Assembly: GCA_009886035.1 (NCBI GenBank)
Contig: VFJN01000006.1
Span: 2,263-66,262 of the forward strand
Source of the DNA: Actinomycetota bacterium
Lineage (GTDB): Bacteria; Actinomycetota; Acidimicrobiia; Acidimicrobiales; VFJN01
Reading direction: 5' to 3'
DNA: 64,000 bases
The translations under genes were made by a program, and so were the position numbers. Positions 44,996 through 54,912 of this stretch are shown here, one piece after another; within the stretch, counting starts at the first letter, position 1, and every line of letters begins with the position of its first letter. A model generated the notes under the pieces. That model was not told the origin of the DNA and searched no databases. It saw nothing but the letters and a program-made list of their open reading frames with translations.

Positions 44996-46768
44996 TCAGG
45001 GTGCGATGGGATCGAGGGCCCCGGCGGTGTAGCGCACCCTCGGGTTCCACAGCAGGAACCCCTCTACGCCAAGGGCCGCGGCGCTGTCGATCTGGGCCCG
45101 CACTTCGGCATCGTTGTACGTCACGCCGTAGAGAGTGAAGTCCTGCAGCCACGGCAGCAAGCGCACGCCGGTGCCCTCGGTTATCCGCTGGAAGTCGGCG
45201 AGGGACGCCGCCACGATCTCGCCGGGTTGCTTGATTGGGTTGGCCACCCGATACATGCCCGCCCCCCAGTGGGATGGGTAGAGCATGGGGGCGAGGTAGT
45301 CCACTGCGGTGGCCATCTTCGGCACGTCCTGGGCAATGCTGTCGCCGGAGGCCGCCGCGATGCCGAACACCGAGGCTCCCTGGTAGGCACCCTGCTCACG
45401 CAGCGACCCATGGGCTTCGGCGAGGAAACTGGCCACCGAATCCGAACTGGGTCCAACGAGGCCGGGCACCACCATGCTGACAGGGTCGCCCTCCGGTCGG
45501 CGGATGTAGTCCCAGAGGATGTCTTTCACACCGAGCGACACCGCTTCGAGGGCGATATCGAGGTTGTAGTTACGAACATTGACGTGGGCGTAGTTGGTGA
45601 AGCCGCCGTACGCGTCCAGCATCTCGCCCTCGGGGGTTTGGAGGACCTCTTCCTGGCGGTCTTCAGACCAGGCGGCCTCGGCATAGACCGGATCGCGGAA
45701 CGCCACGAGGCGACCTACGACGCGCACGTCCTTGGCGGCGAGGGTTCGCACCACTTCGGCCAGGTCATAGTCGCCGGAGACAGCCCCGATGCGTATGGCC
45801 TCGGGGTTCTTCGAGCGGTAGCCGACCATCCCGGACTCGTCTTTGATGTCGAGCTCTACGGTGTCGATGAGACCGTCGTCGATGAGGGCGAACACGCCAG
45901 CCCGCAGCTCGTCGTTGGCCCACGCCGCCGCGCTCATGTGCACGCCGCGCGAGGCCTCCGGGTAGGTCACTGGTACCACCGTGGCGGCGGCGGTCTGGTT
46001 GCCCGCCTTATCGGTGGCCTCGAAGCGCAGGACCCCGACGGGGGGGCGATCGAAGGTCACCGTGAAGCGGCCGTTTTTGGTTGCCAGCGGTTTACCGGCG
46101 AAGGTGAGCGAAGAACCTTCTTCTACGGTGCCCTGCACGGTCACCTGCTTGTCGATGGGCACCGGTTTGAGGCTGGGCGGCAGGTCGATGACCGGGGCGA
46201 TGCTGTCTACCGAGTAACGCCAACTGAAGTTCGAGTTGCCGAGGAGGAACCGTCCGACGGACACCTTGATCTCGTGGTCACCCTCGTCGAGGGCATGGGC
46301 GACGAGTTCCGAAGTAACGAGTTGTTGCGGGCTGATCCGTACGGTCGCACTGGCATCGTCGGCTGTCGTGAGATCTGGCTTCACGTCGACACCATCGAGG
46401 GTGAGGGTGCCGCGGAAGAGCTCGTCGGGCGAGGCGAAGGCCAGGGCGATGTCTAGGGCGGCGGCGTTGGCGGGGGTGAGAGCCTGGCCGTTTTCCACCC
46501 CGGTGACGGTGACGTCGATGCGGGTGGAACTCCAGAACGTGTGCCCGATCCAGGCCGCCACTGCGACCGCCGCCAGTCCCAATGCCCACACGAACAGATC
46601 GACCGGGCGGCGCGATCGTTGGAGGCGACGGCGCTGGGGGCGCCGGTCCGGCAGTGGCCCCGGCGTGAAGTCGAGCGAGGGGCGGCGCGCCGGTTTGCGC
46701 AGGCCGCGAGGGGCCTGACGGCGGCGGGGCTGGTGGGCCCCGGGGATGTCGCGAAGAGAAGAGACCAT
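44996..46768 (-). CDS. membrane-anchored putative glycoside hydrolase (DUF4015-like TIM barrel) with N-terminal Ig-like region
   Basis: Start at ATG 46768 (MVSSLRD...). Basic tail, one TM helix, then RGVHMSAAAW...VELDIKDESGMVGY and a C-terminal barrel. The rest of the 1046-aa ORF is antisense to the next gene. Confidence 0.6.
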   Translation of the reverse strand: MVSSLRDIPGAHQPRRRQAPRGLRKPARRPSLDFTPGPLPDRRPQRRRLQRSRRPVDLFVWALGLAAVAVAAWIGHTFWSSTRIDVTVTGVENGQALTPANAAALDIALAFASPDELFRGTLTLDGVDVKPDLTTADDASATVRISPQQLVTSELVAHALDEGDHEIKVSVGRFLLGNSNFSWRYSVDSIAPVIDLPPSLKPVPIDKQVTVQGTVEEGSSLTFAGKPLATKNGRFTVTFDRPPVGVLRFEATDKAGNQTAAATVVPVTYPEASRGVHMSAAAWANDELRAGVFALIDDGLIDTVELDIKDESGMVGYRSKNPEAIRIGAVSGDYDLAEVVRTLAAKDVRVVGRLVAFRDPVYAEAAWSEDRQEEVLQTPEGEMLDAYGGFTNYAHVNVRNYNLDIALEAVSLGVKDILWDYIRRPEGDPVSMVVPGLVGPSSDSVASFLAEAHGSLREQGAYQGASVFGIAAASGDSIAQDVPKMATAVDYLAPMLYPSHWGAGMYRVANPIKQPGEIVAASLADFQRITEGTGVRLLPWLQDFTLYGVTYNDAEVRAQIDSAAALGVEGFLLWNPRVRYTAGALDPIAP

Positions 46769-46949
46769 CAGAAGGTGGCCACACAGGGCGGGCCGGGGAA
46801 GATTCTGCCCTCTCCACTCCCCTCGGGGCCATCGCGACGACGGCCATGAGGCCAATCGAGGCGGTGCTCGGGGGCGAGCGGATCGGGTGGGGCGGTCCAT
46901 TCGGCCCCGCCACCGGCGGCCGCCGCGCGCGCTGTCCGATCGTTCCCGG

Positions 46950-46975
46950 GCCAACTTGACCCGCCGGTCAAGTTG
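46950..46975. promoter_or_regulatory. 26-bp near-perfect palindrome (candidate operator)
   Basis: CCAACTTGACC-CGCC-GGTCAAGTTGG: 11-bp perfect arms, in the 258-bp divergent intergenic region, 52 nt upstream of the ACAD ATG. Confidence 0.4.
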
Positions 46976-47026
46976 GGTTTCTACTGGACACATACGCCCA
47001 CCACCCACGCTGTTCCAGGGGGACCG

Positions 47027-48355
47027 ATGACCGACACCACAGAGCGCCCGATCCACGCCAACGAGGCCGTTGAGGCCGTAAACGCATGGTTGACAGAGAA
47101 CTGGGACCCCGACCTCACCGTCGCCGAATGGTGGAACCGCCTCGGCCTGTCGGGCTGGGCGGCCCCCGGGCTTCCGGCGAACGCTTACGGCAAGGGCCTC
47201 AACCGCAACGACAGCGTGGCGGTGCAAAACGCCATCGTGGAATTCGGCGCCCTCGGAGCCCCGGGTGGGCTCGGGCTGCTCCTCGCCGCTCCGACCATCG
47301 CCAGTCATGGCACCCAGGAGCAGATCGACCTGTACGTGCGAGACATCGTCACCGGTCAGAAAGCATGGTGTCAGCTCTTTAGCGAGCCCGGGGCCGGCTC
47401 CGACCTCGCTGGTCTGCAGAGCCGGGCGATTCGGGACGGCGACGAGTGGATCGTGACCGGTCAGAAGGTGTGGACCTCCGGTGGCCAGGTATCCGACCTG
47501 GGCATGCTCATCGCTCGCACCGATCCTGATGTGCCGAAGCATCAGGGCATCACGTACTTCGCTATCGACATGCACCAGAAGGGGATCGACATTCGGCCTC
47601 TCGTGGAGATGACCGGCCACGCCCTGTTCAACGAGGTCTTCATGGAAGAGGCGGTGGTGCCCGAGGGCGCCGTCGTGGGTGGTCTGAACAACGGGTGGGC
47701 GGTAGCCAACACCACTTTGATGAACGAGCGCGCCGGGCTGGGTTCCGGCGGCGGACACGCCGCCGGAGGTGCGGCCACCCCCGGGACGGTCGTGAACGAT
47801 CTTGTGCGCCGCGCCGGCGACTTCGTGCCCACCGGGGGCGGTCGCCGGAAGCGCGGCGGCGGCGGTGGCGGGATGTTTGGTGGGTCCTACAACCTCTTGG
47901 TAGATCTGGCGAAGGGCAACGGCAAGATCAACGATCCCAGTATTCGGCAGGATCTGATGAAACTGCACACCCTGAACGAACTGGGCCGCATGCACAGCAT
48001 GCGAGCCAAGGCGGCGAAGGCCATCGGGCAGGACGTGCCGGGGCTTCCCAACATTTCCAAGCTCTCGATGAGCGAGATCGTGCGCCAACAGCGCGATCTC
48101 GGCCTGCGGATCCTCGGCCCCCTCGGCATGCTGCACGGCTACACGCCCGACCAGCAGGCAGCACTGAACGAAGCCACCGGCAACCCTTTCACCGGAATGA
48201 TTACCGGGATTGCCCTTTTCGCCCAGGCCCCGCCCATCTACGGCGGCACCGACCAGGTGCAGAAGAACATCATCGGCGAGCGCGTGCTCGGCCTCCCCAA
48301 GGAGCCCAACAACGACAAGACGGCGGCTTTCCGGGATCTTCCCAAGAACGCCTGA
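47027..48355 (+). CDS. acyl-CoA dehydrogenase (paralogue of 43709-44932)
   Basis: ACAD domains with C-terminal GGTDQVQKNIIGERVLGLP. Start taken at ATG 47027 (GGGGGA upstream) rather than TTG 46973. Confidence 0.85.
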   Translation: MTDTTERPIHANEAVEAVNAWLTENWDPDLTVAEWWNRLGLSGWAAPGLPANAYGKGLNRNDSVAVQNAIVEFGALGAPGGLGLLLAAPTIASHGTQEQIDLYVRDIVTGQKAWCQLFSEPGAGSDLAGLQSRAIRDGDEWIVTGQKVWTSGGQVSDLGMLIARTDPDVPKHQGITYFAIDMHQKGIDIRPLVEMTGHALFNEVFMEEAVVPEGAVVGGLNNGWAVANTTLMNERAGLGSGGGHAAGGAATPGTVVNDLVRRAGDFVPTGGGRRKRGGGGGGMFGGSYNLLVDLAKGNGKINDPSIRQDLMKLHTLNELGRMHSMRAKAAKAIGQDVPGLPNISKLSMSEIVRQQRDLGLRILGPLGMLHGYTPDQQAALNEATGNPFTGMITGIALFAQAPPIYGGTDQVQKNIIGERVLGLPKEPNNDKTAAFRDLPKNA

Positions 48356-48376
48356 CTCCCATCCGGGGTGGGCGGC

Positions 48377-49231
48377 TCAGGGCTCGGCGAGTCGTTGAGC
48401 GCGTTCGGCGAGTCGGCTGTCGCCGAGGTCTCGGGCCACGGTGGTGAAGTCTTCCTGTGGGCCTGTCCAGCGCCATTGGTCAACGGTGCCCACCGCCGCA
48501 GTGGTCACCACCGTGGCGATGCGCCGGAAGAGCACAGCCAAGTCGAATTGCTCCCGCAGAGTGGCGCTGAGTCGGGTGGCGCCGCGCACGTTGGCGTCCC
48601 AGTGGGCGGGATCGTGGGGAATGTCCTCCAGGTGACCCCAGCGGTCGAGGATGGCGGCGGCCGATTTGGCTCCCCACCCCGGGAGGCCGGGAAAGCCATC
48701 GGCGCTATCCCCCATGAGGGCGAGGAGGTCCGGCACCGACGCCGGTAGCACCCCTAGCCGGGCGCGCACGCCCTGCGCATCAAACCACTTGTCCTGGCGA
48801 CGGTCCCACTGCCACACCTTGCCTCCCACGCACTGCCCCAGATCCTTGTCGGGGGTACAGATCACCACGCGCTCCACGCGCTGGTCAGCGGCGGCCACCG
48901 CCGCCCCCGCCGCCAGGGCATCGTCGGCCTCTTGGTCCACCATGGGCCACACCGTGAAGCCCGCGGAGCGCAGGGCGTCTTCCACAAGAGGGAACTGGGC
49001 CTGCAGGGCCGGTTCTATGTCGGACCCATTCTTGTACCCGGCCCACAGGGCATTGCGGAAGGATTCGACAACGTGATCGGTGGCGACGGCCACGTGGGTG
49101 GCCCCCTGCTCAATCAGGGAGAGGCACGACCCCACCACCCCCCGGGCCGCGCCGTTGGCATGGTCGGTATTGCCCGGTGAGTAGTGGTAGCGGAATAACT
49201 CGTAGGTGCCATCGACGAGGTGAACCTGCAT
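48377..49231 (-). CDS. 5'-3' exonuclease (FEN/Pol I 5'-nuclease family)
   Basis: MQVHLVDGTYELFRYHY N-terminus (PIN-like) and an H3TH segment FPGLPGWGAKSAA. Confidence 0.75.
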   Translation of the reverse strand: MQVHLVDGTYELFRYHYSPGNTDHANGAARGVVGSCLSLIEQGATHVAVATDHVVESFRNALWAGYKNGSDIEPALQAQFPLVEDALRSAGFTVWPMVDQEADDALAAGAAVAAADQRVERVVICTPDKDLGQCVGGKVWQWDRRQDKWFDAQGVRARLGVLPASVPDLLALMGDSADGFPGLPGWGAKSAAAILDRWGHLEDIPHDPAHWDANVRGATRLSATLREQFDLAVLFRRIATVVTTAAVGTVDQWRWTGPQEDFTTVARDLGDSRLAERAQRLAEP

Positions 49232-49256
49232 CGTGTCACCCAGACCAGGGTTCGGG

Positions 49257-49505
49257 TCAGAGGCCCATGGCGCTGAGGGCATCGGCCGCCCGGCCAATGG
49301 TGGCGGCGAGGGATGGATGCGACACCTCGAAGCGCTGCACATGATCGCGAAGTTCGTCGACCACGCCCTCGGGGTCTTGTTCGCCGAGGCGGCGTTCGAC
49401 CTCGCGGGTGAGGGCGGCGATCTCCGCCTGGTTGTCGGCGCCCTCCTCGGCGGCGGCGGTGGCTTCCTTGAGGTGGGTGAGTAGCTCTTCTAGGGGCTCG
49501 TGCAT
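49257..49505 (-). CDS. small acidic helical protein (DUF4404-like)
   Basis: 82 aa from the internal ATG (MHEPLEELLTHLKEA...). The rest of the 255-aa ORF is antisense to the neighbouring lipoprotein gene. Confidence 0.4.
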   Translation of the reverse strand: MHEPLEELLTHLKEATAAAEEGADNQAEIAALTREVERRLGEQDPEGVVDELRDHVQRFEVSHPSLAATIGRAADALSAMGL

Positions 49506-49544
49506 ACCTCTACAGCGTAGACCGACGGTAGGTTCATCTTTACC

Positions 49545-50636
49545 GTGCTGACGAATACCCCCTCTTCCCGGGCACCGATCCGTCGCGGGAGGAGCGCCCT
49601 CGCGTTGGGTCTTTTGCTCGTCCTCGGGGCGTGTGGGAGCGACAACTCGGCCCGGGGTCCCGCCGACGGGCCGGGGGAGCGCGGTGATCGGTCGAATCGG
49701 GGGGTTTTGCCCACCATCGCCGGCGGTATCGAACTGACGGCGGTGGATCCCGCGGCGGTGCTGGTGGCCGATGGCCTCACCTTCGGGCAACCCTTGCCCA
49801 GCGAGCAGGCCGCCGCCGACGCGTTTGCGGAGGGACCAGAGGTAACGGCGGCGGCGGCCCGCCGAGTGCTGAGCGCGGCGACGACCCGGCTCGTGGCGCG
49901 GGTCATAGTGCTCACCCTGGACGGATCCGAGTTTTTTGATGCGGGGTCGCTCGACGGCTTTGTGAGCGGGTTGATCGAGTCCTACGGCGGGGGCCCCATC
50001 GAGGAGGTAGTGGTGGGCCGGCAACGTACGTTCCGATCAGTGGGCGTGGATACCACCGCTCAGGGATTCGTGCTGGGAAACCTCTTGGTGCTGGTCACCG
50101 CTCCGGTCGGTGCCGACGCCGCCCTGGTGGTGGAGCGACAACTGGCGGCGCGGGCGGCGGGGATCGTGGGCACCACGGTGCCGGTCACGCCGATGCTCCC
50201 CTTACCGATCGAGGCGCCGTTCGTCGCCGTGCCGAGTGTGTCGTTTCAGGCCATTGCGCCGCCCGAGATCGAAGTGCCGCCGACTCCTCCGGCGGTGGTC
50301 GGGGCGACGGGCGTGCTGGGTCGCTACGGAGTGGTGGCGGGGGAGCGGCGCACGGTGGTTTGGTCCGTCACCGTAGATCCGGTGCGGTACCCCACGGCCG
50401 AGGCACTGGATCCGGTCATGGCGGCCCTGGCTGCCACCCGGGCGGGCGGCGCCGCCGCCGCCGTCACCGAAGTGATGGACCGCGTGGTGTGGGCCGCCGA
50501 TGCCGCCCCGGGGGTAAAGGGTGCGTGGGCGGCCCGGGTGTTCCGTTACGGATCGCTGGTGGTGCTGGTGGAGGGCACCGATCCTGTGCAGGTAGATGCC
50601 GTGGTGGGCGATTGGATCTCGACGCTGGCGGGCTGA
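49545..50636 (+). CDS. lipoprotein of unknown function
   Basis: Signal peptide with lipobox LVLGAC. No recognisable domain. Confidence 0.55.
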   Translation: MLTNTPSSRAPIRRGRSALALGLLLVLGACGSDNSARGPADGPGERGDRSNRGVLPTIAGGIELTAVDPAAVLVADGLTFGQPLPSEQAAADAFAEGPEVTAAAARRVLSAATTRLVARVIVLTLDGSEFFDAGSLDGFVSGLIESYGGGPIEEVVVGRQRTFRSVGVDTTAQGFVLGNLLVLVTAPVGADAALVVERQLAARAAGIVGTTVPVTPMLPLPIEAPFVAVPSVSFQAIAPPEIEVPPTPPAVVGATGVLGRYGVVAGERRTVVWSVTVDPVRYPTAEALDPVMAALAATRAGGAAAAVTEVMDRVVWAADAAPGVKGAWAARVFRYGSLVVLVEGTDPVQVDAVVGDWISTLAG

Positions 50637-50639
50637 GTC

Positions 50640-51050
50640 CTATTCCTGCACGAGTTCGATGAGGGTGCCGAAACTGCCCTTGGGATGCACAAACGCCACC
50701 GTGGTGCCCCTGCTTCCCGGGCGGGGCACTGTGTCGATGGCGGTGGCCCCGGCGGCGATCATGGCGGCGAGAGCCGCCGCGCAATCGTCGACCCGATAGC
50801 CAACATGGTGGAGGCCTTCGCCCCGCTTCTCGATCGATTTCGCGATAGGCGAGTCGGGGCGGGTGGCGGCGGTGAGTTGAATGAAGGAGTCGGCCACTTT
50901 GATGAGGGCTTCCTCCACCCCGTCGCTCTCTACGATCTCGCGATGGTGGACCTCGGCCCCGAAGGCCTGCTGGTAATAGGCAATGGCCGCCTCAAGGTCG
51001 CGCACGGCGATGGCGATGTGGTCGATTTCGGTGAGCAGTCCTGAGGTCAT
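50640..51050 (-). CDS. methylmalonyl-/ethylmalonyl-CoA epimerase (VOC family)
   Basis: 136 aa with IDHIAIAV and HHVGY metal-ligand motifs. Its start overlaps the ccr stop by 1 nt. Confidence 0.8.
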   Translation of the reverse strand: MTSGLLTEIDHIAIAVRDLEAAIAYYQQAFGAEVHHREIVESDGVEEALIKVADSFIQLTAATRPDSPIAKSIEKRGEGLHHVGYRVDDCAAALAAMIAAGATAIDTVPRPGSRGTTVAFVHPKGSFGTLIELVQE

Positions 51051-52399
51051 CAGAGTTCTCCGCCGGCGTGGCGCTGGAACAAGGTGATCTTGTCTTCACC
51101 GATCTGCTCCCGCTTTTCCGGGTCCTGGATGCCGAGACCGGCCGTCGGCGCGAGGCAACGCACGGCCAGTTTTCCTTCGGCCTCGTTTCGATGGACGGCG
51201 CGGGCGGCCTCGCCGACCTCGGGGAGGTCGTAGGCGGCCGACATCACCGGCTGGATCTTGCCGGCCATGATGAGGCGGTTCATGTCCCATGCTTCTTGAT
51301 AGTTGGCGAAGTGGGAGGAGACGATCCGCTTCAGTTTCATCCAGAGGTGGCGGTTGTCGTATTCGAGCATGAACCCGGAGGTGGCGGCACAGGTCACGAC
51401 GGTGCCCCCCCGCTTGGCGATAAATACCGAGGCCCCGAAGGTGGAGCGGCCAGGATGCTCAAACACGATGCTCGGGTCCTCACCGATGAGGCTGCGCACC
51501 TTCTTGCCGAGTCGCCGCCACTCGCCCTCGTCTTGGGTGTGTTCGTCCTTCCAGAACTGGTAGCCCTCGGCAGCCCGGTCGATGGTGGCCTCGCAGCCCA
51601 TCGCCTCGAGCAACTTGGCCCGCTCGGGGCTCGACACCACCCCCACGGGGGTACCGCCACCGTTGAGGATGAGTTGAATGGCGTAGGCACCGATGCCGCC
51701 GGTGGCGCCCCACACGAATACGGAGTCGCCCTGACGCATCTGGGCGGCATGGCGGCCCACCAACATGCGGTAGCTGGTGGAGGCACAGAGGCCGTTCACG
51801 GCACTCTCCTCCCAGGTGAGGTGCTCGGGCTTGGGCATGATCTGGTTGGCCTTCACCACGGCGAGATCGGCGAGTCCGCCGAAGTTCGACTCGAAGCCCC
51901 AGATGCGCTGGTTGCTGGCGAGCATGGAATCGTCGTGGGCGGAGGGGTCTTGGTCATCGAGGTAGTTGCAGTGCACCACCACCCGGTCGCCGGGCTTCCA
52001 ATTCCGCACCGCCGATCCCACCCGGAGCACCACGCCCGAGGCGTCGGAGCCCACGACGTGATGATCAAGGGCGTGGCGTTTGCCCCACGCCGACTCCTTG
52101 CCGAGTCGGTCGAGGAAACCGAACGTGGACATGGGCTCAAAGATCGAGGTCCACACGGTGTTGAAGTTGATCGAACTGGCCATGACCCCGAGGTACACCT
52201 CGTCGGGGGCCAGTTCGGGGGTAGCCACCTCGCCCACATGGAGCGATTGGCGCGGGTCCTTGTCGGCGGACGCCACTCCCTCCCACATTGTCTGCTCACT
52301 GCGCAGCACGTGGGCGCCGCGGTAGCTGTCGGGGATCGGGATGGCGGCGATGTCCTCTCCGGACGCGCCGCCTTCGATGGCTTCGAGGAAGTTCTGCAT
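51050..52399 (-). CDS. ccr: crotonyl-CoA carboxylase/reductase
   Basis: 449-aa MDR-family enzyme with the Ccr-type N-terminal extension, IWGFESNFGGLA and GATGGIG motifs. Confidence 0.8.
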   Translation of the reverse strand: MQNFLEAIEGGASGEDIAAIPIPDSYRGAHVLRSEQTMWEGVASADKDPRQSLHVGEVATPELAPDEVYLGVMASSINFNTVWTSIFEPMSTFGFLDRLGKESAWGKRHALDHHVVGSDASGVVLRVGSAVRNWKPGDRVVVHCNYLDDQDPSAHDDSMLASNQRIWGFESNFGGLADLAVVKANQIMPKPEHLTWEESAVNGLCASTSYRMLVGRHAAQMRQGDSVFVWGATGGIGAYAIQLILNGGGTPVGVVSSPERAKLLEAMGCEATIDRAAEGYQFWKDEHTQDEGEWRRLGKKVRSLIGEDPSIVFEHPGRSTFGASVFIAKRGGTVVTCAATSGFMLEYDNRHLWMKLKRIVSSHFANYQEAWDMNRLIMAGKIQPVMSAAYDLPEVGEAARAVHRNEAEGKLAVRCLAPTAGLGIQDPEKREQIGEDKITLFQRHAGGEL

Positions 52400-52464
52400 G
52401 GCGGAAACCTAGCGATCCGGCACCGACAGCGGCGAGCCGTGTCGTTCCGGCTCTCGCGGGGGCC

Positions 52465-53313
52465 TCAGGCCATCAGGAACGACCGGAGGATCTTTTCGGT
52501 CGTGGCGGGTTCATCGCGATGGGTGCCGTGGCCCGCACCGTCCACGATCTCGAGCCGACCTACGCCCTCTGGGAGCAGAGAGAGGATCTCGATCGAGCAC
52601 TCCGGTGGGGTCATCGGGTCGTCGCGCCCGGCGAGCACCAGCGTGGGGGCCTCGATGAGGGCGACGTCCGAGCGGAGGTCCATGGTGAAGAAGTCCCGGT
52701 GGAAATGTTGGAGTACTCGGTGATTTTCCCACGCCCGGCGGGGCCCAAAGCCGCTGGGGTGATTGTTGTAGAGCGGCAGGTTCAGCCGGGCGTAGTCGGC
52801 CCAGGCTTCCGGGCTGGTGTCGCCGTCGCGGTAGACCCGCAGGTAACTAGCGGCGGCGGTCTCCCCGCCCCGCTCGGCGAAGCGCGCCGCGCTGAGTGCG
52901 GTATCGCGCCGAGCGAGCGTGCTCGAGAGGACCACCTGGGAAGGGTGCTGAGGGTGACGGGCGGCGTAGTGAATGGCCACGAACCCGCCGAAGGAAAGCC
53001 CGAGCACGGCGGGGCGGTTGATCTCGAGTGCGTCACATAGCCGCACCACATCGTCGGCCCAGGTGTCGAGGTCCCATCCCGACGAGTCGCGGCGTCCGTC
53101 GCTGCGTCCCTGCCCGCGATGATCCACGTAGAGCACGTGGTGACTGTCAGCGAAGCGGTCGAAATACGGCCGGAAGGATGCGTGGTCAGAACCGGGGCCG
53201 CCGTGGAGGCACAAAAGGGTGGGCTTGGGCACCATGGCATCGGCGGTGGGGCGCAGAGCCGATCCGACGCTGTCCACAAAGAGGCGAACACCGCCGCCGA
53301 TGTCTACGCGCAT
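52465..53313 (-). CDS. alpha/beta hydrolase (proline iminopeptidase-like)
   Basis: HGGPG oxyanion motif and GLSFGG nucleophile elbow. Confidence 0.75.
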   Translation of the reverse strand: MRVDIGGGVRLFVDSVGSALRPTADAMVPKPTLLCLHGGPGSDHASFRPYFDRFADSHHVLYVDHRGQGRSDGRRDSSGWDLDTWADDVVRLCDALEINRPAVLGLSFGGFVAIHYAARHPQHPSQVVLSSTLARRDTALSAARFAERGGETAAASYLRVYRDGDTSPEAWADYARLNLPLYNNHPSGFGPRRAWENHRVLQHFHRDFFTMDLRSDVALIEAPTLVLAGRDDPMTPPECSIEILSLLPEGVGRLEIVDGAGHGTHRDEPATTEKILRSFLMA

Positions 53314-53344
53314 GGCGCCAGGTTACCGGCGTCCCGCCGGTGGG

Positions 53345-54802
<1,458 letters not shown>

Positions 54803-54912
54803 GGGACTGATACCTCGTAACGAAGGAGCGGGCCGGGGGCGGGGATGGCTGCCGGCGAGAGGGCGCCGGGCCGCGGCCCGGGTCGACCGGTGACCGGGTG
54901 GGTGCCGGATGC

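Noticed and set aside
46769-48136. N-terminal ~455 aa of the 1046-aa minus-strand ORF (44996-48136)
   Set aside because: It lies exactly antisense to a well-supported acyl-CoA dehydrogenase (47027-48355) and is Arg/Pro/Gly-rich with no domain features. This is a high-GC shadow ORF. The real gene starts at ATG 46768.
51068-52723. 551-aa plus-strand ORF
   Set aside because: Antisense shadow of ccr and the following hydrolase, with Gly/His/Arg-rich low complexity.
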